Below, piece by piece: positions 1-8,191 of a stretch of 55,029 bases of DNA (position 1 is the stretch's first letter; the number at the start of each line of letters is the position of its first letter). Under the pieces are notes generated by a model. That model saw only the letters and a list, made by a program, of their open reading frames with translations, was not told the origin of the DNA and made no database searches. This DNA comes from a virus (lineage: Duplodnaviria; Caudoviricetes), in the IMG/VR virus record IMGVR_UViG_3300020470_002235, positions 1-55,029 of that record; one strand, 5' to 3'. Position numbers and translations under genes: made by a program.

Positions 1-87
1 CATGACGTGCAGTAGATTAAACTCACGGTAATATAGTGCTTTCGCTTTCTCTCGCAAAGCCCCCGAAAAAAAATTTTTAAATCGCAT
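1..87 (-). CDS. 5' part of a hypothetical protein running off the left edge (MRFKNFFSGALREKAKALYY...)
   Basis: ATG at 87 with GGAG RBS at 97-100; frame open to position 1; not in the ORF track. Confidence 0.5.
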   Translation of the reverse strand, partial: MRFKNFFSGALREKAKALYYREFNLLHVM

Positions 88-318
88 AATATAAATCTCC
101 AATAACTTTAAGGGTAGGGGTCTAGGTCGCTTCTGAGCTGTCTTAGGAGTCCCAAAATACTGTTTAGCCACTGTCCCTCGAAGGGGTGGGTGGCCTTCTC
201 ATGCCACCCTGCTGATTGTCGGTATCAGAACCCTAGAGTCTTAACGAGTTTATCAGAAAACTTACTGCGGCTTCTGTCGCAATTCACGGCATATACTCTA
301 GTCAAGCCGTTATATACT

Positions 319-347
319 ATTATATCATAGGTGGGTCTGTCCGTCTA
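319..347 (-). promoter_or_regulatory. sigma70-like promoter
   Basis: TAGACG-N17-TATAAT with extended -10 TG on the minus strand. Confidence 0.55.
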
Positions 348-575
348 GTGGAAAACTCTATCTTTCCCATTAACTACTAGTGCGCTGATATTAATATTCC
401 CTCTTGGGTCTATGTAACCATTACTCACACATATATCACACACGCAATCCCACGCCCAGTTCAGGTCAATGTCCTTATTCAGAGCGAGTTGCATTTGTTT
501 AGAGTTAAAGGGTATGACGATAGGTGAGCCATCTGACACGAGACTCCCACGAATACCATTTATAATACTACTCAT
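345..575 (-). CDS. hypothetical protein, probably early and leaderless
   Basis: 76-aa ORF whose ATG is 7 nt downstream of the -10 box at 583-588. Confidence 0.6.
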   Translation of the reverse strand: MSSIINGIRGSLVSDGSPIVIPFNSKQMQLALNKDIDLNWAWDCVCDICVSNGYIDPRGNINISALVVNGKDRVFH

Positions 576-582
576 ATTGGCT

Positions 583-612
583 AGCTTAACACAAAAGTAT
601 AGTCATTGTCAA
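583..612 (-). promoter_or_regulatory. early sigma70-type promoter
   Basis: GC-TTGACA-ATGACT...TGT-TAAGCT with an 18-nt spacer; same design at 925-954 and 10194-10223. Confidence 0.7.
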
Positions 613-663
613 GCGCTTTCGACCCCCTCTGAGACCCCTATGGCCACTGCGTTTCAGAGGTGC

Positions 664-692
664 TTGACAATGCCTTGCGAATATGTTATAAT
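664..692 (+). promoter_or_regulatory. consensus sigma70 promoter on the + strand
   Basis: TTGACA-N17-TATAAT with extended -10 TG; shares GCTTGACAATG with the minus-strand promoters. Confidence 0.8.
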
Positions 693-788
693 GGCTGGCT
701 GGCCTTTGCGTTTTCGGATAGGTACTCTCCCCAAGCCATAAGGAGTGAAGGGTTGCTTTTAGGAGGCTTGATAACTCCCAGCACCTAT

Positions 789-844
789 AAAAAAACCCCC
801 TCTCAGCGTATCTTCTCGTTGGAAAGCCTTCTAAAGAGGGGGGT
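789..844 (-). terminator. intrinsic terminator-like hairpin
   Basis: CCCCCTCT / AGAGGGGG inverted repeat followed by a 7-U tract on the minus strand; the loop is long. Confidence 0.5.
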
Positions 845-924
845 AAATCCCTATCGACACATGGGTTAAGCCGTTACGGTATCTAACAATTCACAATTAA
901 TCTCCCATTACTCATCATGTGGCC

Positions 925-954
925 AGTATAACAGTTATTGAGAGTCATTGTCAA
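925..954 (-). promoter_or_regulatory. early sigma70-type promoter
   Basis: GC-TTGACA-ATGACT...TGT-TATACT with an 18-nt spacer. Confidence 0.7.
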
Positions 955-1324
955 GCATTTATTTTACAGGGGCTTCACACTATTGTTCGCTGCCGCTGCC
1001 ATGGCCGACCCCCCTTACACACCCCTTGATACACTTAGTGTTCACTCACATACATACGGGCACACTCTCCGTCTGCGCCTCATGGCCGTTTCGTCTTCGT
1101 GATTTGGGTTTTGGATTTGCGCTCTCGGGCCCTCTGAGGGCTTGACACCCGACTAAAACTCGTGTTTGTATCCCCGAACAACACCACATAAAGTCGTTTT
1201 TTAATATAGTTCACATACGGAGTCAAAAGGGAATATTATTTTACACTTTCTCACACTTCTACACACATTATATTCAACGCACCTACGCAGTCCTCAGAAT
1301 TATATTAAACGTACGCAGAATCAG

Positions 1325-1540
1325 TTACTTACGTCTCTCCCATACAGTCCCTTTTCTCCAATTATCAGGGTCAAAGTGATTACCCTTACACTTATTGGAT
1401 TCGTCTATGATTTCGTCTGATACCTTTGTCTCCCATATAGAGGGTATGAGTCCGTGTATAAAGAGTATAAATGACATTCTCCATGCGTGTATAAGGTGGG
1501 TTAGATACCCCATGTTTATATCTTTTAGGTGTTGAAACAT
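1325..1540 (-). CDS. small His-containing membrane protein (DUF6356-like)
   Basis: HLxxxxMGYxxH...FIHGLIP pattern. Confidence 0.5.
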   Translation of the reverse strand: MFQHLKDINMGYLTHLIHAWRMSFILFIHGLIPSIWETKVSDEIIDESNKCKGNHFDPDNWRKGTVWERRK

Positions 1541-1546
1541 ATCTTA

Positions 1547-2878
1547 TTATCCCCCCTTTGCACTAATATGAGTCGGCCATACATTCTTTGGACGTTTATA
1601 TTTAGAGTCCTTAGCGTCGTATGTGTGTATACTGGGTTGGGTTTGGTGTGAAACATAGGTTATTACGTTCTTTTCTGTATGGTTTCCTACGTTGTCTACA
1701 TGGTTGAAGTGTGTTCTTAGTTGTTCTAGGTGCGTGGCGTGTTCGGGTGTATTCTCATGTGCGAGGTAATTGATTGCACATATACCCGTTTTTGTGAGTC
1801 TATTCTTTAATCCCCTATAGAAGTTATCATTATATTTAAAGGTGGTTTTATCGTTTGCGAGGTCTAGGATTATTATATCGTATTGTTTGTCTCCCCTATG
1901 TATCCATTTAAATGCATCGTCATTGATTACGTTTATATCCTTAGGCATTTGGAAGTGGTCTTGGGCGATTTGCGTGAGTTCAGGAATGAGTTCTACCACG
2001 TCTATGTTCTTACACTTAGTGTTTTTATGTATCCATGAGGGTATAACTCCACCACCAAGTCCTAGCACAAGTACATTTTTTAGGTCTTCTTCGTCACAAT
2101 AACAGTCTTTGCAGGTGTGTTCCCATACCACATCACATAGTTGTTGGACATAAGGATAATATAGTTCTGTAGGGTTGTTGTTTAGAATGTGGGTCTGAAC
2201 CAACCATGTGTTATGTCCGAAATATAGGGACGTATGCGTATCGGTTTTCTTGACGACAATAGGCATACCCTCATACTCTGATTCATGCACGATAGTCTCT
2301 TGGTTGGGTCTTTTTATGTGTAGGAATCGTTTGTGGTCTCTCATGGGTTCTTCGTAGTGTGTGTATATGTCGAAGGCCATAGATATGCGTGGTTGTGTGT
2401 GTATATTGGTTTTGACTTCGTGTGGGTGTAACATTCCAGCGACGTGTAGTGTACCTCTAACGTTCTCTTGTGGTTCTCCGTCCCAATGCGTATAAGTTGG
2501 GTCTTTTCCGTCTAGGTATATGGAACACGCAAGAAGTTTATTTTGGTCTTCCGTATCGGCGTGGGTGTGTGTACCTATCGATTGGTTTTGGTGGAGTATG
2601 TTTCCCCAACATTGCACCCATAGTTCGTCATGAGGTGTGAACATAGGTAGAGTGAAGATTCTATCAGGGATATTCAGTGGTCTAATATCAGGGTGGGTTA
2701 ATAGATTATAGACCGAATATTGTTTGGTTGTTCCCTGATAGAACGTATTCTTATCTTGGTTGGGTATTGCGAGTATCTTGTGTTCGTCTCGTCTTAGTAT
2801 CCCTGCGATAAATTCACATTCCTCTTCAGTAAGGAAATCAGTAAATTCTGTATGAGAATGTGGGTCTAGATGAACCAT
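1547..2878 (-). CDS. 2OG-Fe(II) oxygenase fused to a spermidine-synthase-like SAM/dcSAM-dependent transferase
   Basis: N-half: HTH, HEV, RISMAFD; C-half: VLVLGLGGG, DVVEL, DDAF, YDIIILD. Confidence 0.75.
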   Translation of the reverse strand: MVHLDPHSHTEFTDFLTEEECEFIAGILRRDEHKILAIPNQDKNTFYQGTTKQYSVYNLLTHPDIRPLNIPDRIFTLPMFTPHDELWVQCWGNILHQNQSIGTHTHADTEDQNKLLACSIYLDGKDPTYTHWDGEPQENVRGTLHVAGMLHPHEVKTNIHTQPRISMAFDIYTHYEEPMRDHKRFLHIKRPNQETIVHESEYEGMPIVVKKTDTHTSLYFGHNTWLVQTHILNNNPTELYYPYVQQLCDVVWEHTCKDCYCDEEDLKNVLVLGLGGGVIPSWIHKNTKCKNIDVVELIPELTQIAQDHFQMPKDINVINDDAFKWIHRGDKQYDIIILDLANDKTTFKYNDNFYRGLKNRLTKTGICAINYLAHENTPEHATHLEQLRTHFNHVDNVGNHTEKNVITYVSHQTQPSIHTYDAKDSKYKRPKNVWPTHISAKGG

Positions 2879-3750
2879 AGTCGTGCATACATATCAGACT
2901 TAATGTCGTCTCTACCGTCTAGATATATGAATCGCACTTGTTTCGATACGTCTCTCCATTCATGATTATATGAGAACAAAGGAGCGTCCATGTCCTCGTC
3001 CATAGGTGGATACCATTCTTGTGGGAAGTATGGACGAATTATCTCTTCGTATTGTGCGTTGAGTTCGTCATTCTTCTCTTGGTCATTCAAATAATAAGGG
3101 CTAAATTGTGCGAGTTTGGTGGGTAGAACGACTCCTTTGAATGAGTCTTCTATAAACTTCCATACTCCACCCTTGTCTTTGTATTCGTCTATGGATTCCC
3201 TTGTAAACTTTTGTTTAATGTCTTTTAGGGTATTTCCTGCGTAACCTATGTACCACTCTGCACGATATTCACATGGATTATCGTCTGTCCACCATTTCAT
3301 AGGTAGTTCTAAGAATGGTAGTGAATTGTCTTGTACCATTTTCATAGTCTCTAAGTCCATTCCATGTCCTTGAGGAAGTTCATGCACGTCCCCAGGCATA
3401 GGCATATTTCCTAGTATTGCAGTCTGACACAAATCAAGAGGCATAAGTCTAGGGTTCCATATCACATTCTTAGAGTATTTCTCTTGCAATAATGGGTGGT
3501 CAAACAGTTCTAGAATATTCCATTCGTCATGTGCATCGGAAGGAATTTGTAATCTTTGGTTTCCCTCTGCATAAGGTATGTGTGTAATTTCAGGTAATAG
3601 ACCTTGACCGTCTCCACCAAAAGAAAAGAAGTTAACTTGGTTAGCTTCCTGTATCATTTTGATGCGATATTTTAGTAGTCTGACAAAAGACTCGTTGATA
3701 ACTTCGGAAGAATGTATCTCCCTACAATGCATGATAATATTTGTTGCCAT
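2866..3750 (-). CDS. hypothetical protein
   Basis: 294-aa ORF; late-promoter-like CTAAATA at about 3778-3784. Confidence 0.75.
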   Translation of the reverse strand: MATNIIMHCREIHSSEVINESFVRLLKYRIKMIQEANQVNFFSFGGDGQGLLPEITHIPYAEGNQRLQIPSDAHDEWNILELFDHPLLQEKYSKNVIWNPRLMPLDLCQTAILGNMPMPGDVHELPQGHGMDLETMKMVQDNSLPFLELPMKWWTDDNPCEYRAEWYIGYAGNTLKDIKQKFTRESIDEYKDKGGVWKFIEDSFKGVVLPTKLAQFSPYYLNDQEKNDELNAQYEEIIRPYFPQEWYPPMDEDMDAPLFSYNHEWRDVSKQVRFIYLDGRDDIKSDMYARLWFI

Positions 3751-3790
3751 TATATAAATCCTATAAAATAATAATAATATTTAGTTTCTT

Positions 3791-3822
3791 AAAACCATAC
3801 CCCTATTTTACTAGAGGTATGG
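3791..3822 (-). terminator. intrinsic terminator
   Basis: CCATACCTCTA-GTAAAA-TAGGGGTATGG hairpin followed by TTTT. Confidence 0.7.
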
Positions 3823-3839
3823 GATTTCCACAAGTGGTT

Positions 3840-3950
3840 TTATGTAATCATATTGACTACTCTAGGTAGTCTACCACTCTTCATAAGTTTATGGGTTTTG
3901 TCTGCGAATATCTTTAGATATAGAACAGACAATGATGCATATTTTCGCAT
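3840..3950 (-). CDS. 36-aa basic micro-protein (MRKYASLSVLYLKIFADKTHKLMKSGRLPRVVNMIT)
   Basis: AGGAG RBS, ATG at 3950, TAA at 3840, terminator downstream; below the ORF-track cutoff. Confidence 0.6.
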   Translation of the reverse strand: MRKYASLSVLYLKIFADKTHKLMKSGRLPRVVNMIT

Positions 3951-4016
3951 TTTTATCTCCTATATTGTATGGTGACTATCCGTGAACTTTGGACTTCGAA
4001 CTTAATCTACTTACTC

Positions 4017-4034
4017 TTGTCACATAATTGTCAC
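4017..4034. promoter_or_regulatory. Pho-box-like direct repeat with 11-bp period
   Basis: TTGTCAC-ATAA-TTGTCAC compared with the PhoB consensus CTGTCAT-A(A/T)A(A/T)-CTGTCAY. Confidence 0.45.
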
Positions 4035-4059
4035 ATTAATATATAGGTGAATCAATGCA

Positions 4060-4242
4060 TTAATCGTCTCTAAAAAACCCAAATCTCTTTAAAGTTAGGC
4101 GACCTTCAGAATCTTCGGAGACTCGCAGTAAGTCACCTATCTTTATGTTTAATTTGTTTGAGAGGTCAGGGTCATCATCAAATGATACGTCCCCGTCCTC
4201 ATTAAGATAAAATCTATAATCTATAAACGTCATCTTATCCAT
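4060..4242 (-). CDS. small protein, AbrB/MazE-like
   Basis: LNIKIGDLLRVSEDSEGRLTLKR resembles the AbrB swapped-hairpin C-half. Confidence 0.45.
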   Translation of the reverse strand: MDKMTFIDYRFYLNEDGDVSFDDDPDLSNKLNIKIGDLLRVSEDSEGRLTLKRFGFFRDD

Positions 4243-4268
4243 ACCGTTCTCCTCATGGATTAGGAAAC

Positions 4269-4344
4269 TGGTGGAGCTGATAGGAATCGAACCTACGACC
4301 TACTGGATGCAAACCAGTCGCTCTCCCTACTGAGCTACAGCCCC
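4269..4344 (-). tRNA. tRNA-Ala(UGC)
   Basis: 76-nt cloverleaf GGGGCTG...CAGCTCC-A-CCA, anticodon TGC, G3:U70 identity pair, TTCGA T-loop, encoded CCA. Confidence 0.97.
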
Positions 4345-4351
4345 AAATCAG

Positions 4352-4534
4352 TTATTTCTTTTTGGTTGTAGTTTTTTTCTTCGCAGTAGTTTTCTTTCTA
4401 CTCTTGTAGACTCTCTTTTTTGACTCGTCTACATTAGGTGTGGATTTGTCGTCTGCAACATAACGACCCTTCTCGTCTCTTGCACGAACAGTGACAAATC
4501 CTAACCAGTCAGTCATTTTAGTGAACCAACCCAT
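4352..4534 (-). CDS. small basic phage protein
   Basis: RARDEKGRYVADDKSTPNVDE motif and Lys-rich tail. Confidence 0.7.
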   Translation of the reverse strand: MGWFTKMTDWLGFVTVRARDEKGRYVADDKSTPNVDESKKRVYKSRKKTTAKKKTTTKKK

Positions 4535-4536
4535 TA

Positions 4537-5187
4537 TTAAAACCCTCTATCAAAGTTATAAGTTAATGATGCGAATACTGAGTCTGCAGCCTGACCTTCG
4601 AACACATCTGTTCCAACGGTTACACTGAAGTTGTATCTGTTTTCTGCACCAAATGATTTACCGACTTGTAATTGAGTAAAGTCTTCATCACCGTCTTCTA
4701 GGTCATGAATACCATGTATCAATTTCAGGTCGAATACATTACCAACTAACCACCCGAACTCATAAGATAATTCTGCGTAGTTGTTGTCGGTGTTTATGTC
4801 ATGATATACGATTGTTGAAAAACCACCAACATTTAGTTGTGTGTACAGTTCTTCAAATGTATCAGCAAGACCGTCATAGGTATATCTGATATACCCTGAG
4901 TCTAATGAAACATTGTCGGATACCTGTAAATCATATCCTGCATACCAATCCACTTCCTTTGAAGTTTCATCATCACCTTCGAACTCAACCTGAGCCATAT
5001 ATGTTCCCACATAGAATCCTAAGTCTGATAATACTTCACCTTGAAAGTGAACAGAAGGTAGTCCTCTTGATTGAGTGACTCCTCTCCAAACGTAATCTGA
5101 GTCGTAACCCACATTACCATTTATTGACCCTGCGAAAGCAGGTATCGATAGGACTGATATAATCAATCCAAGTAATAAATTCTTCAT
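4537..5187 (-). CDS. TorF-family (TIGR02001-like) outer-membrane beta-barrel / putative porin
   Basis: signal peptide (AFA), SDYVWRGVTQS, EVDWYAGY, alternating beta-strands, C-terminal Phe. Confidence 0.8.
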   Translation of the reverse strand: MKNLLLGLIISVLSIPAFAGSINGNVGYDSDYVWRGVTQSRGLPSVHFQGEVLSDLGFYVGTYMAQVEFEGDDETSKEVDWYAGYDLQVSDNVSLDSGYIRYTYDGLADTFEELYTQLNVGGFSTIVYHDINTDNNYAELSYEFGWLVGNVFDLKLIHGIHDLEDGDEDFTQLQVGKSFGAENRYNFSVTVGTDVFEGQAADSVFASLTYNFDRGF

Positions 5188-5199
5188 AATTTACTCCTA

Positions 5200-5433
5200 T
5201 TATTTACTTACGGCAAACTTTTCACGTCTGACTAACTCATTCATTATTTTTTGTTTGAGTTTGCCTTTCCCTTTCTTGTTTACCAACCTTCCACTAGAAT
5301 CCTCTTCTGTACAGGATTCCAATTCCTTTTCTAAGGTCTCAATCGATTGACACTTCATATAATGGTGTTCAATCGTTGTCTTCTTAGTTTGTCTGTCGTA
5401 TCTTTTTGCAGACTCTTTAAATTTAATCGGCAT
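5200..5433 (-). CDS. hypothetical protein
   Basis: 77-aa ORF in a tiled gene string. Confidence 0.7.
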   Translation of the reverse strand: MPIKFKESAKRYDRQTKKTTIEHHYMKCQSIETLEKELESCTEEDSSGRLVNKKGKGKLKQKIMNELVRREKFAVSK

Positions 5434-5435
5434 AA

Positions 5436-5594
5436 TTATCTCCCTTGTCCTCGATATGGTTTGTGTGACCTTTTTTTGCTCTTATTCATCGTGGACATGG
5501 CGATTTTGACTTTTCGTCCTCTACCACCAGTACCAATAGAACTTGATTTTGGTTTTGTGATTATTGAAAATCTTTTTATTCCTGATTTTTTCAT
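5436..5594 (-). CDS. 52-aa highly basic protein ending KPYRGQGR
   Basis: GGAG RBS; fills the gap exactly; the YRGQG tail is recalled from marine T4-like phages; not in the ORF track. Confidence 0.75.
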   Translation of the reverse strand: MKKSGIKRFSIITKPKSSSIGTGGRGRKVKIAMSTMNKSKKRSHKPYRGQGR

Positions 5595-5600
5595 AACTCC

Positions 5601-5705
5601 TTAAGTGATTGCGAATGATACTAATAATAACTGCATAACCTCTACTACTAGTAAGAATGCAGTCAGTGTTGTTAAAATTTTTAATATTGTTATTTGTTTT
5701 CTCAT
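5601..5705 (-). CDS. 34-aa single-TM peptide
   Basis: MRKQITILKILTTLTAFLLVVEVMQLLLVSFAIT; AGGA RBS; fills the gap. Confidence 0.55.
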   Translation of the reverse strand: MRKQITILKILTTLTAFLLVVEVMQLLLVSFAIT

Positions 5706-5714
5706 TAAATTTCC

Positions 5715-6383
5715 TTATAGTTTAATTTGTGTCTTTGGGTGCGTGGGTGCATCTCCCAAAGTGTCATACTCTGTCATACTCTCTTCTAAATGAGGTGCAA
5801 ACCACATTGAGAGTACATATCTTTCCCCTGTAAGGACTGGTTCTACACCATGCCACCTTTCAGTTGAGTTATTAAAAGCAACCATTGACCCCGTAAAAGG
5901 TATTATCTTATGTCCATCTACGGTTAAGTTACCACCAGTGAAATCTTCATTTAGATTGAAGATAACAGTTCCTGTATCACCTTCATCTGAGTCGTCTTTA
6001 TGAAACGGACAAAATGATTCCATTGGGTATTTTAATATTTGCATATATGAAACCATCTCAAAGTCATCACCCCAAGGCACAAACTCATCAACCCATTCTA
6101 AAATCTGCATGAAATCAGGATTAGATGAAAGAATTGTATAAGATTCTCTTCCTTGCTCATTGGTGAACTTAACTCTGTCTTCGTCTTCTTCGTGTAAAGG
6201 TGCAAAATGACCACCATGTTCTTCGTTCATGGATTTGAGTTCAGTGAATGGTGCGACTTCATGCATTTCAATTATTGCATTACAAAGATTCTCAGGAAGA
6301 GCTGCGTGTCCGATTATTAAGATAGGATTGTTCATTACCAATTTCTCACTGGGTGTAAAAAGTTTACTTGGGTATATCTCCAA
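5715..6383 (-). CDS. 2OG-Fe(II) oxygenase, prolyl-4-hydroxylase-like (start probably about 6335)
   Basis: HKD, FTGG, HGVEPV, GERYVLSMW. Confidence 0.85.
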   Translation of the reverse strand: MEIYPSKLFTPSEKLVMNNPILIIGHAALPENLCNAIIEMHEVAPFTELKSMNEEHGGHFAPLHEEDEDRVKFTNEQGRESYTILSSNPDFMQILEWVDEFVPWGDDFEMVSYMQILKYPMESFCPFHKDDSDEGDTGTVIFNLNEDFTGGNLTVDGHKIIPFTGSMVAFNNSTERWHGVEPVLTGERYVLSMWFAPHLEESMTEYDTLGDAPTHPKTQIKL

Positions 6384-7078
6384 GTTTCACCTGTATATTT
6401 AGAGTAGTCATCTATCCATGCTCCGTGAATCCTATTGCCTGGAAATATGACACACCTGTTGAATTTTGCAGGGACTACTCTTTTCAATTCAAATCTATCT
6501 AACACTGGATACAATACGTTCAAGTGTTCGTCATTTGATAACCATGTTCCTTCATAAATTGCAGTTCCACCGTCCTCTTCTTTATCCATGTAGATAATCA
6601 TGTTGAGTGTGGATTCGTTATCAGGTGTATCGAGTTCTGAATCAGTGTGTGGATAATGTTGTATATTCTTATCAAATACACTTAGTGTTTGGAAACAGTT
6701 AAATTCATATATCCTAGACCAGTTATATTCTCCTTTGTGAAAGTATTTTTGACATAAACTTACCACTCTTCCCATTTCATTTTCATATATTCTTGTTGGG
6801 TGTGCTATTTTGTCTGTAATTCTACAGTCATTATAGTCAATACCATTCCTAGTGTTTCGTTCTGTAGTGTATTTCCACATAGGATAATCTCTATTCCTGA
6901 CCCACTCATAAAGTGTATCAGGGTCTTCATAGAAATTATCTATGGTCAACACTTCACCGTCAAACTCTGCATTGAAGGTTGAACTGAATTTAAACAGTTC
7001 GTCTAATACAAATGGTTTACCCATGATTCTCCTCAAGGAATTGATAAGACATATTATCACCTGTTGTGTTGTTATCAA
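6335..7078 (-). CDS. 2OG-Fe(II) oxygenase (DUF6445-like; start probably about 7024)
   Basis: IDNFYEDPD, PHTD, GGTAIY, KFNRCVIF, HGA, R-Y-T-Q. Confidence 0.8.
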   Translation of the reverse strand: MITTQQVIICLINSLRRIMGKPFVLDELFKFSSTFNAEFDGEVLTIDNFYEDPDTLYEWVRNRDYPMWKYTTERNTRNGIDYNDCRITDKIAHPTRIYENEMGRVVSLCQKYFHKGEYNWSRIYEFNCFQTLSVFDKNIQHYPHTDSELDTPDNESTLNMIIYMDKEEDGGTAIYEGTWLSNDEHLNVLYPVLDRFELKRVVPAKFNRCVIFPGNRIHGAWIDDYSKYTGETWRYTQVNFLHPVRNW

Positions 7079-7868
7079 TTATGTCTGCGTGTTTCAAGTT
7101 AAAAGATATTGCAATTCTTTCATAGTCTTCTAGAATTTCTTGTGCAGGTTCTACTGAATGCATTATGTAAGAAGGCCAGAATAGAAACTCACCCTCTACT
7201 GGGTCATAATAGAATGAAGAATCACACCCCTCTACTCCGTCAAAAAATATATTTGGTTGGTCTTCTTTTGTAATAGTTCTATCTACTGCTTGGTGATTTG
7301 CGATTGCACCCATGTTTGGGTTGTAGAACTTTATTGGTTGGTTTGATTTCTCAGTCTTGACATAATATGTTCCTGATATGTGTGAGTTGACATGATTATG
7401 TGTTGCGTGAGAATGTGGGCCGTTGTAGATACTTATCCATGCGAACAAGTGTATATCATTTCTTGATAAATGACCTACTGGTTGTTCAAATACGTTTTGA
7501 CAAAATGCAATGTATGAATCCTTGATTTGATTTGAGAAAAATCTAAACCATTCCTCTCCGTGCATTTTGGTTCTTATCTCTTCGTTGAAATAGGTAGTGT
7601 ATTCTTGGAATACATCTCCGTCCTCTACTTCTCCTACAAGGTTTCTACAACTTTGTGCAACTTCTTCTATGTCTAGGTCTATTTGTCCCCTTAAGAATGG
7701 TGTAGGAAACATATTCATGATATAACCTTCTGCAGGTGTGTATGCGTGAGGTAGTGAACGACCTAGTTGGTCTTTTCTATCGAGACTGAAGGTTCCCTCA
7801 TACAGTATTTTTTCTTCTTTTTGTTCGTTCTCTTCCCTACGAACTTCTTCCATCACTGGTGGTTTCAT
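7017..7868 (-). CDS. 2OG-Fe(II) oxygenase (TIGR02466-like)
   Basis: MFPTP, HNH, ISGTYYV, WPSYIMHSV, RIAISFN. Confidence 0.85.
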   Translation of the reverse strand: MKPPVMEEVRREENEQKEEKILYEGTFSLDRKDQLGRSLPHAYTPAEGYIMNMFPTPFLRGQIDLDIEEVAQSCRNLVGEVEDGDVFQEYTTYFNEEIRTKMHGEEWFRFFSNQIKDSYIAFCQNVFEQPVGHLSRNDIHLFAWISIYNGPHSHATHNHVNSHISGTYYVKTEKSNQPIKFYNPNMGAIANHQAVDRTITKEDQPNIFFDGVEGCDSSFYYDPVEGEFLFWPSYIMHSVEPAQEILEDYERIAISFNLKHADIIDNNTTGDNMSYQFLEENHG

Positions 7869-8028
7869 AATAATATTTCTCTTTATACTTTTCTTTTAAC
7901 CAATCATTCCATTTCGCAACATAATCTTCTTTATCTAGTCTATCAGGTGCTGATATTGGGTCATTGTTTTCGTCACAATAATCTAACCACATTCTTGTGC
8001 AGAATGAATCAAAATAATCTTCATTCAT
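7837..8028 (-). CDS. small hypothetical protein, paralog of 10228-10419
   Basis: FxxFCTxMWxxxCxE motif. Confidence 0.7.
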   Translation of the reverse strand: MNEDYFDSFCTRMWLDYCDENNDPISAPDRLDKEDYVAKWNDWLKEKYKEKYYYETTSDGRSS

Positions 8029-8191
8029 TGGCTTCTACAGTTGTTGCGTACGCATAGAAACCTATTATAAATGCAATTAGTACTACTGGATTTTCCAGTG
8101 CAGTAAAGAATTGTCCTAAAAAATCCCACCCAGTTAATGCTTGTATTGCAACACACAAACCAAATATTCCTGCATATATTTTCCAAATCAT
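8021..8191 (-). CDS. 56-aa two-TM protein, holin candidate
   Basis: MIWKIYAGIFGLCVAIQALTGW...VVLIAFIIGFYAY; ATGA overlap with the o-spanin stop; not in the ORF track. Confidence 0.55.
   Translation of the reverse strand: MIWKIYAGIFGLCVAIQALTGWDFLGQFFTALENPVVLIAFIIGFYAYATTVEANE

Noticed and set aside
233-301. Three-way junction considered as a hammerhead ribozyme
   Set aside because: The core would need CUGANGA and a correctly placed GAAA; only CUGAUAA is present
4017-4034. CRP site (TGTGA half-sites), attractive given the phage cyclase
   Set aside because: The half-sites are direct repeats, not the inverted TGTGA-N6-TCACA arrangement
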